64,000 bases of DNA. It comes from Ranitomeya imitator. Taxonomy: Eukaryota. The translations under genes and the position numbers were made by a program. Location: NCBI RefSeq assembly GCF_032444005.1, contig NC_091290.1, positions 153,636,001 through 153,700,000 of the forward strand. The letters run 5' to 3'. This document shows, piece after piece, positions 36,663-48,487 of the stretch. Position 1 is the first letter of the stretch, and every line of letters starts with the position of its first letter. Below the pieces are notes generated by a model. That model was not told the DNA's origin. It saw only the letters and a list, made by a program, of their open reading frames with translations, and did not search any database.

Positions 36663-36784
36663 CTTGTTAAAGAGCTTGACGGGGTCGTAGCCGGTGGACT
36701 TGGCCCACTGCTTGGTGGAGACGCGTTTGATGTCCCCGTCCTCGCTGGAGGCGTTGGCCCTCTGTGCGGCCTCCGTGGGCTCCC
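36663..36784 (-). CDS. UBA2: UBA2 exon 8
   Basis: EPTEAAQRANASSEDGDIKRVSTKQWAKSTGYDPVKLFNK. Confidence 0.95.
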
Positions 36785-36887
36785 CTGGAGGACAGAATGA
36801 GAACAGTCGTCTCCTGGGGATGGTCGCCCCCCGGGGATGGTCGCCCCCCAGATATGCTGGTATTGGGGGCGAGCGCTGGATACTCAC

Positions 36888-36955
36888 AGGAGGCCTCCGG
36901 GTCAGCAGTGTCTGGGGAAACTTCCTGATCTGCATCCTCCTCCCCGAATAACTGG
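36888..36955 (-). CDS. UBA2: UBA2 exon 7
   Basis: QLFGEEDADQEVSPDTADPEAS. Confidence 0.95.
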
Positions 36956-37095
36956 CTGCAGAGGAGACAACAGAAGACATCAGTGCCGCCCCCCAGAGTG
37001 GTACACCAGGCACCGAGCCCGGCCATGGGGGCTCCCAGCACACAAGGATGTGTGGCCTCGAGCTCAGGCTCCAATCATGGTGGGGGGCATCTTAC

Positions 37096-37217
37096 TTGAA
37101 CAGGTACTTTGCCCACACGATGCAGTGGATGGGCTCGGAGGGAGTGTTGCGGATTGTGCAGCCGGGGAAGGTCTTCTGGGTGGGTTTGGGCTGACATTCG
37201 TAGCACTCTGTGACCCC
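37096..37217 (-). CDS. UBA2: UBA2 exon 6 (catalytic Cys)
   Basis: [40 protein letters not shown]. Confidence 0.97.
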
Positions 37218-37297
37218 CTGATGAAAGAATAAACCATGAGGAGTGTGATGGGCCGCGCTACGTGCCCCGGGTCAGCCGTCACATGGGAGCTACAAAC

Positions 37298-37398
37298 CTT
37301 CTTGATGACGGTGACCTGGCCAAGGTACCCGGCTGTGCCGCTCTCTATCAGGGGGACGTCTGCCGCCAGACACATCCGGTTCACGTGGTTCCGTGCAG
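37298..37398 (-). CDS. UBA2: UBA2 exon 5
   Basis: [33 protein letters not shown]. Confidence 0.97.
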
Positions 37399-37540
37399 CT
37401 GAAACCAACAGGATAGAAACTCAGCAGTGACTAAAGATGGCGCCCACCGCATGGCACACAGCCTGTCCGGGAGGGCCACAATGGACCGTCCCCCACAGCT
37501 GCAGCCCACTGGCACGGACCCTCAGCACACCAGACCGCAC

Positions 37541-37605
37541 CTCTGTTATCCAGGGCGTTCATCACCAGCGTGAACTTCTTGAAAAACTCAACATCGTATT
37601 CGGCA
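37541..37605 (-). CDS. UBA2: UBA2 exon 4
   Basis: AEYDVEFFKKFTLVMNALDNR. Confidence 0.95.
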
Positions 37606-37938
37606 CTGAGGAGACAAAAACCCAGGAGGCCGATGACTCCGGCACAAGATGGAGGGCGGCTGATAACACAGACAATAGCTCGCAATCACTGCCTAATGCT
37701 GACGAGCGTGCTCAATCACAGCGTCGGGGCCACAGCATCGGGGCCACAGCGTCGGGGCCACAGCATGCACCCACCGCCCGACTCTCCCCCTCTTATGTGC
37801 AGTATTGGGGCCCCCACCAGGCGCCTCTGATGGACCCAGAGGACGATGGATCACATGGGAGATGAGGGGGTCACATGACTGCTGGGGGTCACATGACTGC
37901 TGGGGGTCACAGGGGGCGCAGTAATGGCTCGTGCTCAC

Positions 37939-38009
37939 TTCATGATGCTGTCATGGTAGGCGGTGATACCGGCCCCCGGGCAGAACTGCAGGACGCTCTC
38001 CTTGGCCAC
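37939..38009 (-). CDS. UBA2: UBA2 exon 3
   Basis: VAKESVLQFCPGAGITAYHDSIM. Confidence 0.95.
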
Positions 38010-38040
38010 CTAAGAAGGAAACAGAAGGAAACCGGTCACG

Positions 38041-38660
38041 GAGCGCGGCGGTCACAGAGCGCGGCGGAGTCCGCGGGTCACAGAGCGCGGCGGAGTCCGC
38101 GGGTCACAGAGCGCGGCGGAGTCCGCGGGTCACAGAGCGCGGCGGAGTCCGCGGGTCACAGAGCGCGGCGGAGTCCGCGGGTCACAGAGCGCGGCGGAGT
38201 CCGCGGGTCACAGAGCGCGGCGGAGTCCGCGGGTCACAGAGCGCGGCGGAGTCCGCGGGTCACAGAGCGCGGCGGAGTCCGCGGGTCACAGAGCGCGGCG
38301 GAGTCCGCGGGTCACAGAGCGCGGCGGAGTCCGCGGGTCACAGAGCGCGGCGGAGTCCGCGGGTCACAGAGCGCGGCGGAGTCCGCGGGTCACAGAGCGC
38401 GGCGGAGTCCGCGGGTCACAGAGCGCGGCGGAGTCCGCGGGTCACAGAGCGCGGCGGAGTCCGCGGGTCACAGAGCGCGGCGGAGTCCGCGGGTCACAGA
38501 GCGCGGCGGAGTCCGCGGGTCACAGAGCGCGGCGGAGTCCGCGGGTCACAGAGCGCGGCGGAGTCCGCGGGTCACAGAGCGCGGCGGAGTCCGCGGGTCA
38601 CAGAGCGCGGCGGAGTCCGCGGGTCACAGAGCGCGGCGGAGTCCGCGGGTCACAGAGCGC
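38041..38660. repeat. Near-perfect CpG-rich minisatellite, 26 bp unit (GAGCGCGGCGGAGTCCGCGGGTCACA), UBA2 intron 2
   Basis: About 23 essentially identical copies. Confidence 0.99.
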
Positions 38661-38688
38661 ATTACCCCACAGATAGCGCGGACCGTAC

Positions 38689-38772
38689 CTGCGCCTTTGA
38701 TCTTCCCACATGTTTCTTCTGGAACAGAAATTGCCGGTTGAGGTTACTGACGTCAATTGTGTCCAAATCAAT
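38689..38772 (-). CDS. UBA2: UBA2 exon 2
   Basis: [28 protein letters not shown]. Confidence 0.97.
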
Positions 38773-38898
38773 CTAGAAAACACAAAAACAACAGAATTAG
38801 GGAGGGAACGCCGAGAGAAGCAACGCTCTGCAGAAGAAACGGGGGGGAAGGGGCAGATATATACATTGTTCTGAAGAGACCCCACCTGCCCATAATGC

Positions 38899-41800
38899 CC
38901 TGCAGAGATGGAGCCCCCTCCCCGGCTGCGATGCTCTGCAGAAATGGAGTCCCCTCCCCGGCTGCAATGCTCTGCAGATTTGGAGCCCCCTCCCCCGGCT
39001 GCAATGCTCTGCAGAGATGGAGCCTCCCTCCCCCGGCTGCAATGCTCTGCAGAGATGGAGCCCCCCTCCCCCGGCTGCGATGCTCTGCAGAGAAGGAGCC
39101 CCCTACCCCGGCTGCGATGCTCTGGAGATGGAGCCCCCTCCCCGGCTGCGATGCTCTGCAGAAATGGAGTCCCCTCCCCGGCTGCAATGCTCTGCAGATT
39201 TGGAGCCCCCTCCCCCGGCTGCAATGCTCTGCAGAGATGGAGCCTCCCTCCCCCGGCTGCAATGCTCTGCAGAGATGGAGCCCCCCTCCCCCGGCTGCGA
39301 TGTTCTGCAGAGAAGGAGCCCCCTCCCCCGGCTGCAATGCTCTGCAGAGATGGAGCCTCCCTCCCCCGGCTGCAATGCTCTGCAGAGGAGCCCCCTACCC
39401 CGGCTGCAATGCTCTGCAGAGATGGAGCCCCCCTCCCCCGGCTGCGATGCTCTGCAGAGATGGAGCCCCCTACCCCGGCTGCGATGCTCTGGAGATGGAG
39501 CCCCCTCCCCGGCTGCGATGCTCTGCAGAGAAGGAGCCCCCTACCCCGGCTGCGATGCTCTGGAGATGGAGCCCCCCTCCACCGGCTGCGATGCTCTGCA
39601 GAGAAGGAGCCCCCTACCCCGGCTGCGATGCTCTGCAGAGAAGGAGCCCCCTACCCCGGCTGCAATGCTCTGGAGATGGAGCCCCCTCCCCGGCTGCGAT
39701 GCCCTGCAGAGATGGAGCCCTCTCCCCGGCTGCGATGCTCTGCAGAGAAGGAGCCCCCTACCCCGGCTGCAATGCTCTGGAGATGGAGCCCCCTCCACCG
39801 GCTGCGATGCTCTGCAGAGATGGAGCCCCCTCCCCGGCTGCGATGCTCTGCAGAGAAGGAGCCCCCTACCCCGGCTGCGATGCTCTGGAGATGGAGCCCC
39901 CTCCCCCGGCTGCGATGCTCTGGAGATGGAGCCCCCTCCCCGGCTGCGATGCTCTGCAGAGATGGAGCCCCCTCCCCCGGCTGCGATGCTCTTCAGAGAT
40001 GGAGCCCCCCTCCCCCGGCTGCGATGCTCTGCAGAGATGGAGCCCCCCTCCACCGGCTGCGATGCTCTTCAGAGATGGAGCCCCCCTCCCCCGGCTGCGA
40101 TGTTCTGCAGAGATGGAGCCCCCTCCCCCGGCTGCGATGCTCTGCAGAGATGGAGCCTCTCCCCGGCTGCGATGCTCTGCAAAGATGGAGCCCCCTCCCC
40201 GGCTGCGATGCTCTGCAGAGAAGGAGCCCCCTACCCCGGCTGCGATGCTCTGGAGATGGAGCCCCCTCCCCCGGCTGCGATGCTCTGGAGATGGAGCCCC
40301 CTCCCCGGCTGCGATGCTCTGCAGAGATGGAGCCCCCTCCCCCGGCTGCGATGCTCTTCAGAGATGGAGCCTCCTCCCCCGGCTGCGATGCTCTGCAGAG
40401 ATGGAGCCCCCCTCCCCCGGCTGCGATGCTCTGCAGAGATGGAGCCTCCTCCCCCGGCTGCGATGCTCTGCAGTGATGGAGCCCCCTCCCCCGGCTGCGA
40501 TGCTCTGCAGAGATGGAGCCTCTCCCCGGCTGCGATGCTCTGCAGAGATGGAGCCCCCTCCCCCGATGCTCTGCAGAGATGGAGCCCCCTCCCCCGGCTG
40601 CGATGCTCTAAAGAGATGGAGCCCCCTCCCCCGGCTGCGATGCTCTGCAGAGATGGAGCCCCCTCCCCCGGCTGCGATGCTCTGCAGAGATGGAGCCTCC
40701 TCCCCCGGCTGCAATGCTCTGCAGAGATGGAGCCCCCTCCCCCGGCTGCGATGTTCTGCAGAGATGGAGCCCCCTCCCCCGGCTGCGATGCTCTGCAGAG
40801 ATGGAGCCCCCTCCCCCGATGCTCTGCAGAGATGGAGCCCCCCCCTCCCCCCGGCTGCGATGCTCTGCAGAGATGGAGCCCCCTCCCCCGGCTGCGATGT
40901 TCTGCAGAGATGGAGCCCCCTCCCCCGGCTGCGATGCTCTGCAGAGATGGAGCCCCCTCCCCCGGCTGCGATGCTCTGCAGAGATGGAGCCCCCTCCCCC
41001 GGCTGCGATGTTCTGCAGAGATGGAGCCCCCTCCCCCGGCTGCGATGCTCTGCAGAGATGGAGCCCCCTCCCCCGATGCTCTGCAGAGATGGAGCCCCCC
41101 CTCCCCCGGCTGCGATGCTCTGCAGAGATGGAGCCCCCTCCCCCGGCTGCGATGTTCTGCAGAGATGGAGCCCCCTCCCCCGGCTGCGATGCTCTGCAGA
41201 GATGGAGCCCCCTCCCCCGGCTGCGATGTTCTGCAGAGATGGAGCCCCCTCCCCCGGCTGCGATGCTCTGCAGAGATGGAGCCCCCTCCCCCGGCTGCGA
41301 TGTTCTGCAGAGATGGAGCCTCTCCCCGGCTGCGATGCTCTGGAGAGATGGAGCCCCCTCCCCCGATGCTCTGCAGAGATGGAGCCCCCTCCCCCGGCTG
41401 CGATGCTCTGCAGAGATGGAGCCCCCTCCCCCGGCTGCGATGCTCTGCAGAGATGGAGCCCCCTCCCCCGGCTGCGATGCTCTGCAGAGATGGAGCCCCC
41501 TCCCCCGGCTGCGATGCTCTGCAGAGATGGAGCCCCCTCCCCCGGCTGCGATGCTCTGCAGAGATGGAGCCCCCCTCCCCCCGGCTGCGATGCTCTGCAG
41601 AGATGGAGCCCCCTCCCCCGGCTGCGATGCTCTGCAGAGATGGAGCCCCCTCCCCCGGCTGCGATGCTCTGCAGAGATGGAGCCCCCTCCCCCGGCTGCG
41701 ATGCTCTGCAGAGATGGAGCCTCCTCCCCCGGCTGCGATGCTCTGCAGAGATGGAGCCCCCTCCCCCGGCTGCGATGCTCTGCAGAGATGGAGCCCCCTC

Positions 41801-42634
41801 CCCCCGGCTGCGATGCTCTGCAGAGATGGAGCCCCCCTCCCCCGGCTGCGATGCTCTGCAGAGATGGAGCCCCCTCCCCCGGCTGCGATGCTCTGCAGAG
41901 ATGGAGCCCCCTCCCCCGGCTGCGATGCTCTGCAGAGATGGAGCCCCCTCCCCCGGCTGCGATGCTCTGCAGAGATGGAGCCCCCTCCCCCGGCTGCGAT
42001 GCTCTGCAGAGATGGAGCCCCCTCCCCGGCTGCGATGTTCTGCAGAGATGGAGCCCCCTCCCCCGGCTGCGATGCTCTGCAGAGATGGAGCCCCCTCCCC
42101 GGCTGCGATGTTCTGCAGAGATGGAGCCCCCTCCCCCGGCTGCGATGCTCTGCAGAGATGGAGCCCCCTCCCCCGGCTGCGATGCTCTGCAGAGATGGAG
42201 CCCCCTCCCCCGGCTGCGATGCTCTGCAGAGATGGAGCCCCCTCCCCCGGCTGCGATGCTCTGCAGAGATGGAGCCTCCTCCCCCGGCTGCGATGTTCTG
42301 CAGAGATGGAGCCCCCTCCCCGGCTGCGATGTTCTGCAGAGATGGAGCCCCCTCCCCCGGCTGCGATGCTCTGCAGAGATGGAGCCCCCTCCCCCGGCTG
42401 CGATGCTCTGCAGAGATGGAGCCCCCTCCCCCGGCTGCGATGCTCTGCAGAGATGGAGCCCCCTCCCCGGCTGCGATGTTCTGCAGAGATGGAGCCCCCT
42501 CCCCCGGCTGCGATGCTCTGCAGAGATGGAGCCCCCTCCCCCGGCTGCGATGCTCTGCAGAGATGGAGCCCCCTCCCCCGGCTGCGATGCTCTGCAGAGA
42601 TGGAGCCTCCTCCCCCGGCTGCGATGCTCTGCAG
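38899..42634. repeat. Minisatellite, about 37 bp unit (CTGCAGAGATGGAGCCCCCTCCCCCGGCTGCGATGCT), UBA2 intron 1
   Basis: About 100 visible copies. Confidence 0.98.
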
Positions 42635-42680
42635 TGAGGACACTGATCCCCGGGGTCCCCGCTCCCTCCCGGCTCCGCAC

Positions 42681-42818
42681 CACGTCCAGGTTGGTGAATC
42701 CGGTGAGTAGAAGGTTCTTCAGTAACTCGCAACCGATCCCTCCGGCCCCGACCACCAGCACCCGGCAGCCGGACACCGCCTCCGCCAGCTCCGTGCGCAG
42801 CGCCCCGGTCACCGCCAT
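42681..42818 (-). CDS. UBA2: UBA2 exon 1
   Basis: MAVTGALRTELAEAVSGCRVLVVGAGGIGCELLKNLLLTGFTNLDV, then GTGCGG donor. Confidence 0.97.
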
Positions 42819-42988
42819 CCTCAGCCACCGCCGCCTGCCTCACAGCGCGGGAGACAAAACAGAGAACCTGCCGGAGAGGACGGCGACCACAGCGACCCCT
42901 GCAGGCCGGAGGACCCCGGAGGAGCCGCGTGACAAGACAGCGGCACCTGGCGGCCGGAGGGTGTACTGCACCGCGAGCATCGGAATCC

Positions 42989-43002
42989 GCGCCCTCTGGT
43001 GG
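42989..43002 (-). promoter_or_regulatory. CTCF-like motif CCACCAGAGGGCGC at the UBA2 promoter
   Basis: Near-consensus match about 170 bp upstream of the UBA2 ATG; motif only. Confidence 0.45.
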
Positions 43003-43016
43003 TCAATGTCCGTACT

Positions 43017-46000
43017 ACAGCCTAAACTAAGGCACAACCCGAGCTACAGCCTAAACTAAGGCACAACCCGAGCTACAGCCTAAACTAAGGAACAACCCGA
43101 GCTACAGCCTAAACTAAGGCACAACCCGAGCTACAGCCTAAACTGAGGCACAACCTGAGCTACAGCCTAAACCGAGGTACAACCCGAGCTACAGCCTAAA
43201 CTAAAGCACAACCCGAGCTACAGCCTAAACTAAGGCATAACCCGAGCTACAGCCTAAACCAAGGCACAACCCGAGCTACAGCCTAAACTAAGGCACAACC
43301 CGAGCTACAGCCTAAACTAAGGCACAACCCGAGCTACAGCCTAAACTAAGGCACAACCCGAGCTACAGCCTAAACTAAGGCACAACCCGAGCTACAGCCT
43401 AAACTAAGGCACAACCCGAGCTACAGCCTAAACTAAGGAACAACCCGAGCTACAGCCTAAACTAAGGCACAACCCGAGCTACAGCCTAAACTAAGGCACA
43501 ACCCGAGCTACAGCCTAAACTAAGGCACAACCCGAGCTACAGCCTAAACTAAGGCACAACCCGAGCTACAGCCTAAACTAAGGCACAACCCGAGCTACAG
43601 CCTAAACTAAGGCACAACCCGAGCTACAGCCTAATCTAAGACACAACCCGAGCTACAGCCTAATCTAAGGCACAACCCGAGCTACAGCCTAATCTAAGAC
43701 ACAACCCGAGCTACAGCCTAATCTAAGGCACAACCCGAGCTACAGCCTAATCTAAGACACAACCCGAGCTACAGCCTAATCTAAGGCACAACCCGAGCTA
43801 CAGCCTAAACTAAGGCACAACCCGAGCTACAGCCTAAACTAAGGAACAACCCGAGCTACAGCCTAAACTAAGGCACAACCCGAGCTACAGCCTAATCTAA
43901 GGCACAACCCGAGCTACAGTCTAATCTAAGGCACAACCCGAGCTACAGCCTAAACTAAGGCACAACCCGAGCTACAGCCTAAACTAAGGCACAACCCGAG
44001 CTACAGCCTAAACTAAGGCACAACCCGAGCTACAGCCTAAACTAAGGCACAACCCGAGCTACAGCCTAAACTAAGGTACAACCCGAGCTACAGCCTAAAC
44101 TAAGGAACAACCCGAGCTACAGCCTAAACTAAGGCACAACCCGAGCTACAGCCTAAACTAAGGCACAACCCGAGCTACAGCCTAAACTAAGGCACAACCC
44201 GAGCTACAGCCTAAACTAAGGCACAACCCGAGCTACAGCCTAAACTAAGGCACCACCCGAGCTACAGCCTAAACTAAGGCACCACCCGAGCTACAGCCTA
44301 AACTAAGGCACAACCCGAGCTACAGCCTAAACTAAGGCACAAACCGAGCTACAGCCTAAACTAAGGCACAACCCGAGCTACAGCCTAATCTAAGACACAA
44401 CCCGAGCTACAGCCTAATCTAAGGCACAACCCGAGCTACAGCCTAATCTAAGACACAACCCGAGCTACAGCCTAATCTAAGGCACAACCCGAGCTACAGC
44501 CTAATCTAAGACACAACCCGAGCTACAACCTAATCTAAGGCACAACCCGAGCTACAGCCTAAACTAAGGCACAACCCGAGCTACAGCCTAAACTAAGGAA
44601 CAACCCGAGCTACAGCCTAAACTAAGGCACAACCCGAGCTACAGCCTAATCTAAGACACAACCCGAGCTACAGCCTAAACCAAGGCACAACCCGAGCTAC
44701 AGCCTAATCTAAGGCACAACCCGAGCTACAGCCTAATCTAAGACACAACCCGAGCTACAGCCTAATCTAAGGCACAACCCGAGCTACAGCCTAATCTAAG
44801 ACACAACCTGAGCTACAGCCTAATCTAAGGCACAACCCGAGCTACAGCCTAAACTAAGGTACATTTTTATTACCCAAAATAAGTATTCAAAGATAACCGA
44901 ATAAAAATATATTGACGTTTATTAAAAATACATGATTATACACAAGAATACCAAAAAAAAAAATCTTTGACTACAAGGAAATTAACATAAAAGAATCTTT
45001 GTTAAAAATTGATAGTAATGACAACCTATGTGTTCCAGGGGGCAAAGAACGTCAGGCATACCATACAGGTATACAAACAGATAGCCTTGCTGGTAAAATT
45101 CATATGATAAAAAATTGTGACAGGAAAAGCTACTAAAAAAATTGGTGAAAAGTATGATGCACGGAAAATTAGAAAATGATGTGATAAAATAATAATAAAT
45201 AATTACCCAGTGGTAACCAAACAATCCCAAAAAGTGCATCCAAAAACTAATAAAAATCAATATATCAATTATAAAATAAAAAATATAGAAATTATGATAT
45301 CAAAAATCAATTTCACCAAAAGTGTGAAATAGTGCACATTAAAGGGAGATAGCCGTAATAAGCATTATAAAAACCCTAGTGGCCAGCGCAAGGAAAACAC
45401 TACCTGCAGTGAAGGTAATAATAATCCATAGGTCACATAGCAGGCGGCCTGACTCTCATCTGCCCCTGCACACACCACTCCAACACACGTTTCGCTTCCG
45501 CTTCCTTAGTCTTTGGATGCACTTTTTGTGATTATTTGGTTACCACTGGGTAATTATTTATTCATTATTATTTTATATATTACATCATTTTCTAATTTTT
45601 CGTGCATCATACTTTTCATCGTTTTTTTGGAGTAGCTTTTCATGTCACAATTTTTATCATTATAGGAATTTTACAAGCAAGGCTATCTGTTTGTATACTT
45701 GTATGGTATGCCTGACATTCTTTGCCCCCTGGTACACATAGGTTGTCATTACTATCAATTTTTAACAAAAATTCTTTTATGTCAATTTCCTTGTAGTCAA
45801 ATATTTTTTTTTTGGTATTCTTGTGTATAATCATGTATTTTTAATAAACGTCAATATATTTTTATTCCGTTATCTTTGAATACTTCTTTTTGGTAATATA
45901 TTAGGTTTGGTATTCTTTGATTTTTTTTATGAACAATATATTTATGGTATTTCTTTTCTATGTAGGTGTTTTGTTTAATCTAAGGTACAACCCGAGCTAA

Positions 46001-46548
46001 AGCCTAAACTAAGGTACAACCAAAGTACAGCTTAAACTAAGGCACAACCCGAGCTATAGCCTAAACTAAGGTACAACCCAAGTACAGCTTAAACTAAGGC
46101 ACAACCCGAGCTATAGCCTAAACTAAAGTACAACCCGAGCTACAGCTTAAACTAAGGCACAACACGAGCTACAGCCTAATCTAAGGTACAAACCGAGCTA
46201 CAGCTTAAACTAAGGCTCACCCCAAGCTACAGCCTAATTAATCTAAGGTAGAACCAGAGCTACAGCCTAAGCTAAGGTACAACCCCAGCTACAGCCTAAA
46301 CTAAGGCACAACCCAAGCTACAGCCTAAGCTAAGGTACAACCCGAGCTACAGCCTAAACTAAGGCACAACCCAAGCTACAGCCTAATCTAAGGTACAACC
46401 CGAGCTACAGCCTAATCTAAGGTACAACCCGAGCTACAGCCTAAACTAAGGTACAACCCGAGCTACAGCCTAATCTAAAAAACAACCCGAGCTACAGCCT
46501 AATCTAAGGCACCACCCAAGCTACAGCCTAAACTAAGGCACAACCCGG
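43017..46548. repeat. Minisatellite, 29 bp unit (TACAGCCTAAACTAAGGCACAACCCGAGC), interrupted at 44863-45976
   Basis: Visible tandem array; homogeneous left of the insertion and more diverged right of it. Confidence 0.98.
44863..45976. mobile_element. AT-rich insertion with about 380-bp imperfect inverted repeats and a hammerhead-like relic (probable Penelope-like pLTR fragment)
   Basis: About 44867-45250 is the reverse complement of about 45505-45898; the minus-strand CTAAGGA-AGCGGAAGC-GAAA-CGTGTG-TT motif is at 45476-45509. Confidence 0.6.
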
Positions 46549-46792
46549 GACCTGACGGTATGTATGAGTTATGCATAGTCCCGGGCTGTGGGCATGGTCT
46601 CGCTCTATACAAGTGTACAGTTTTAACTGGACAACCCCATTAGTATCATGGCTGCCTGTCCCTGCACCGTCTGAGAGGTTTACTCCGTCTTGTTGTGCTT
46701 TTGTGGACTTGATCAGAGCTTAAACACAACTCGGCTTTCAGTTGACGTCTGTGAAGTCTCTTTTCCTTCCAGTTATCAGCTATGACCGCAGT

Positions 46793-46794
<2 letters not shown>

Positions 46795-46825
<31 letters not shown>

Positions 46826-46966
46826 CTTTATTTATATAGCGCCAACATATTCCGCAGCGCTTTACAGTTTAACAGTTTCAAACACAACAGTCATAAGTAA
46901 CAATGTTAACAATACAATAATTAAAGCAAAATAAGACGACCCTGCTCGTGAGAGCTTACAATCTAA
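46795..46966 (-). mobile_element. 5'-truncated L2/CR1-clade LINE 3' tail ending in (ATT)n
   Basis: Minus strand TAGATTGTAAGCTCTCACGAGCAGGG...GTAAAGCGCTGCGGAATATGTTGGCGCTATATAAATAAAG(ATT)n, the typical L2-type 3' end. Confidence 0.75.
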
Positions 46967-47199
46967 AATCTACATACAGTATTGTATGATAATGCCCATT
47001 TTCTGTGGTACATCTGCAGTGAGCGGACTCCTGGATGCCTTAACGTTTGTATTTCCATCTGGACCTTTTCTTGGTGCTGGCGAAACTATGAATGAGTTGA
47101 TTCTGCAGTTTCTCCAAGGTTCTGTAGCAGAGGCGTTGTGAATGATGAGAGTTGTAGGTGATCTGGCTCTTTAAGCTTCATCCTTTGATTTATTCTCAG

Positions 47200-47535
47200 A
47201 CATAACTTTTTCTGTTTCAGTCAGGAGCTACATCTACAAAGTACTGGAACTGCAATGGGCTCCACAACCGCCCCCGGTATGCCAGCTTTTCCATAGCTAA
47301 ACTGGAAAATGACCTTTTAGCTTCCTGCTCCATCAAACCCTCGGCCTATTTCCGTTACATTAATTACATCTTAATATTCTGGACAGAATCTGAACAAGAA
47401 CTTACCAAATCTCATAAAAGATTCAATACCTTACATCCCACCATAAACTTGGCATTAAACTACTCAAATACAGAAATTGACTTTCTGGACACCACCGTAA
47501 AAATTCAAAATGGTTCAATGCAAACATCCATGTGC
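47200..47535 (+). pseudogene. Penelope-like element reverse transcriptase fragment (decayed)
   Basis: Translation GTAMGSTTAP.YAS...KLENDLL...KPSAYFRYINYILIFWTESEQEL...FNTLHPTINL.LNYSNTEIDFLDTTVKIQNG; the PLE motif GTAMG / RYIDD has decayed to RYINY. Confidence 0.85.
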
Positions 47536-47739
47536 AGTGTAATTGGAAAACAACTGACCGTCCACAGACCTCAGAGGGGACCGTGCTCACCCGAAGCATA
47601 TAACAACGTCCAATGTCTTCAGTCAGACCCCTGGATAGAATCGCATCTGCTCCAGCCCAACAGGCGGACAATACAGGAACGATCTTACAGAAACCGATCC
47701 GAGCAATGTGAGGACCTGCAAAACCTGCATTCATGTAAA

Positions 47740-47905
47740 GACCACAGACCGGATACAGATCCCATGGCACAGACTGGATACAGATTCCACCACACAGACT
47801 GGATACAGATCTCACCGCACAGACTGGACACAGATCCTACCGCACAGACAGGATACAGATCCCACTGCACAGACCGTATACAGATCCCACCGCACAGACA
47901 GAATA
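47740..47905. repeat. Short tandem repeat, about 25 bp (CACAGACTGGATACAGATCCCACCG), about 6 copies
   Basis: Visible. Confidence 0.8.
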
Positions 47906-48435
47906 CAGGAGGGCATCGGGTCTGTGATCTCACATGGATATTGGGACAATAGCGCTTTCCCACCACTTTTCTGCGCTGATTATGGAATCTGTCTCTATCA
48001 TCTCTGTTCAGTCTCTTTCCTCCCTTTCTTCCACCTGATGACGAGACCTCCACAGTGTGGTGTCACATATTTGTCGTCCATTTGGTATCATATTAATAGG
48101 ACGATTATTTTCAGTATAATGTTGGGGTGATGAGTGTGGCGGACTGTGATGGAGGGCTCTTGTGATGGACGGCTAGTTTGTGAGCTCTTGGGGACATAGA
48201 GCGATGATGACCCCGTGATCTGCAGCATGACTGTGCAGTATGGTGGCGTCCTCGTTGTGTCCAGGAGGGCATTGTCCTTGCAGCCTCCAGGATATTCACT
48301 TTCCTGACCCAGATCCGTGATTGCAGCAGAGAGCAAAGTGTGAATTGTGTAGAGATCTCGTCCTGAGCAGACGTGGCCCCAGCTGGACCTGACACAACGG
48401 ACAGTAAAGCCTCACTCCTCGGATATAATCCCCCC

Positions 48436-48487
48436 ATGGATCTCCTGCTCCTCACGCTGCTCCTGACACCTCTCGTACTGGGATCAG
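48436..48487 (+). CDS. Carboxylesterase exon 1 (signal peptide)
   Basis: MDLLLLTLLLTPLVLGS|GTGAAG; 52 bp, the same size as human CES1 exon 1. Confidence 0.85.

Larger units (their letters stand above)
31136..42818 (-). other. UBA2: UBA2 gene span (SUMO-activating enzyme subunit 2), 17 coding exons, 1908 nt, 635 aa
   Basis: All introns are GT-AG with consistent phases. Exon sizes 138,84,71,65,101,122,68,122,100,164,94,113,156,97,106,137,170 closely follow the human layout. Motifs GAGGIG, catalytic FPGCTIRN and C-terminal DDVLIVD / VIALD are present. Confidence 0.98.

Noticed and set aside
38757-43059. ORFs of 700-1300 aa on both strands, including an in-frame read-through from UBA2 exon 1
   Set aside because: Repeat-derived open frames. 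UBA2 exon 1 has a canonical donor at 42680 and splices in phase to exon 2.
43017-46548. Telomere-like appearance of the CCTAAAC-containing repeat
   Set aside because: It is a 29-bp unit without TTAGGG runs, so it is not an interstitial telomere.
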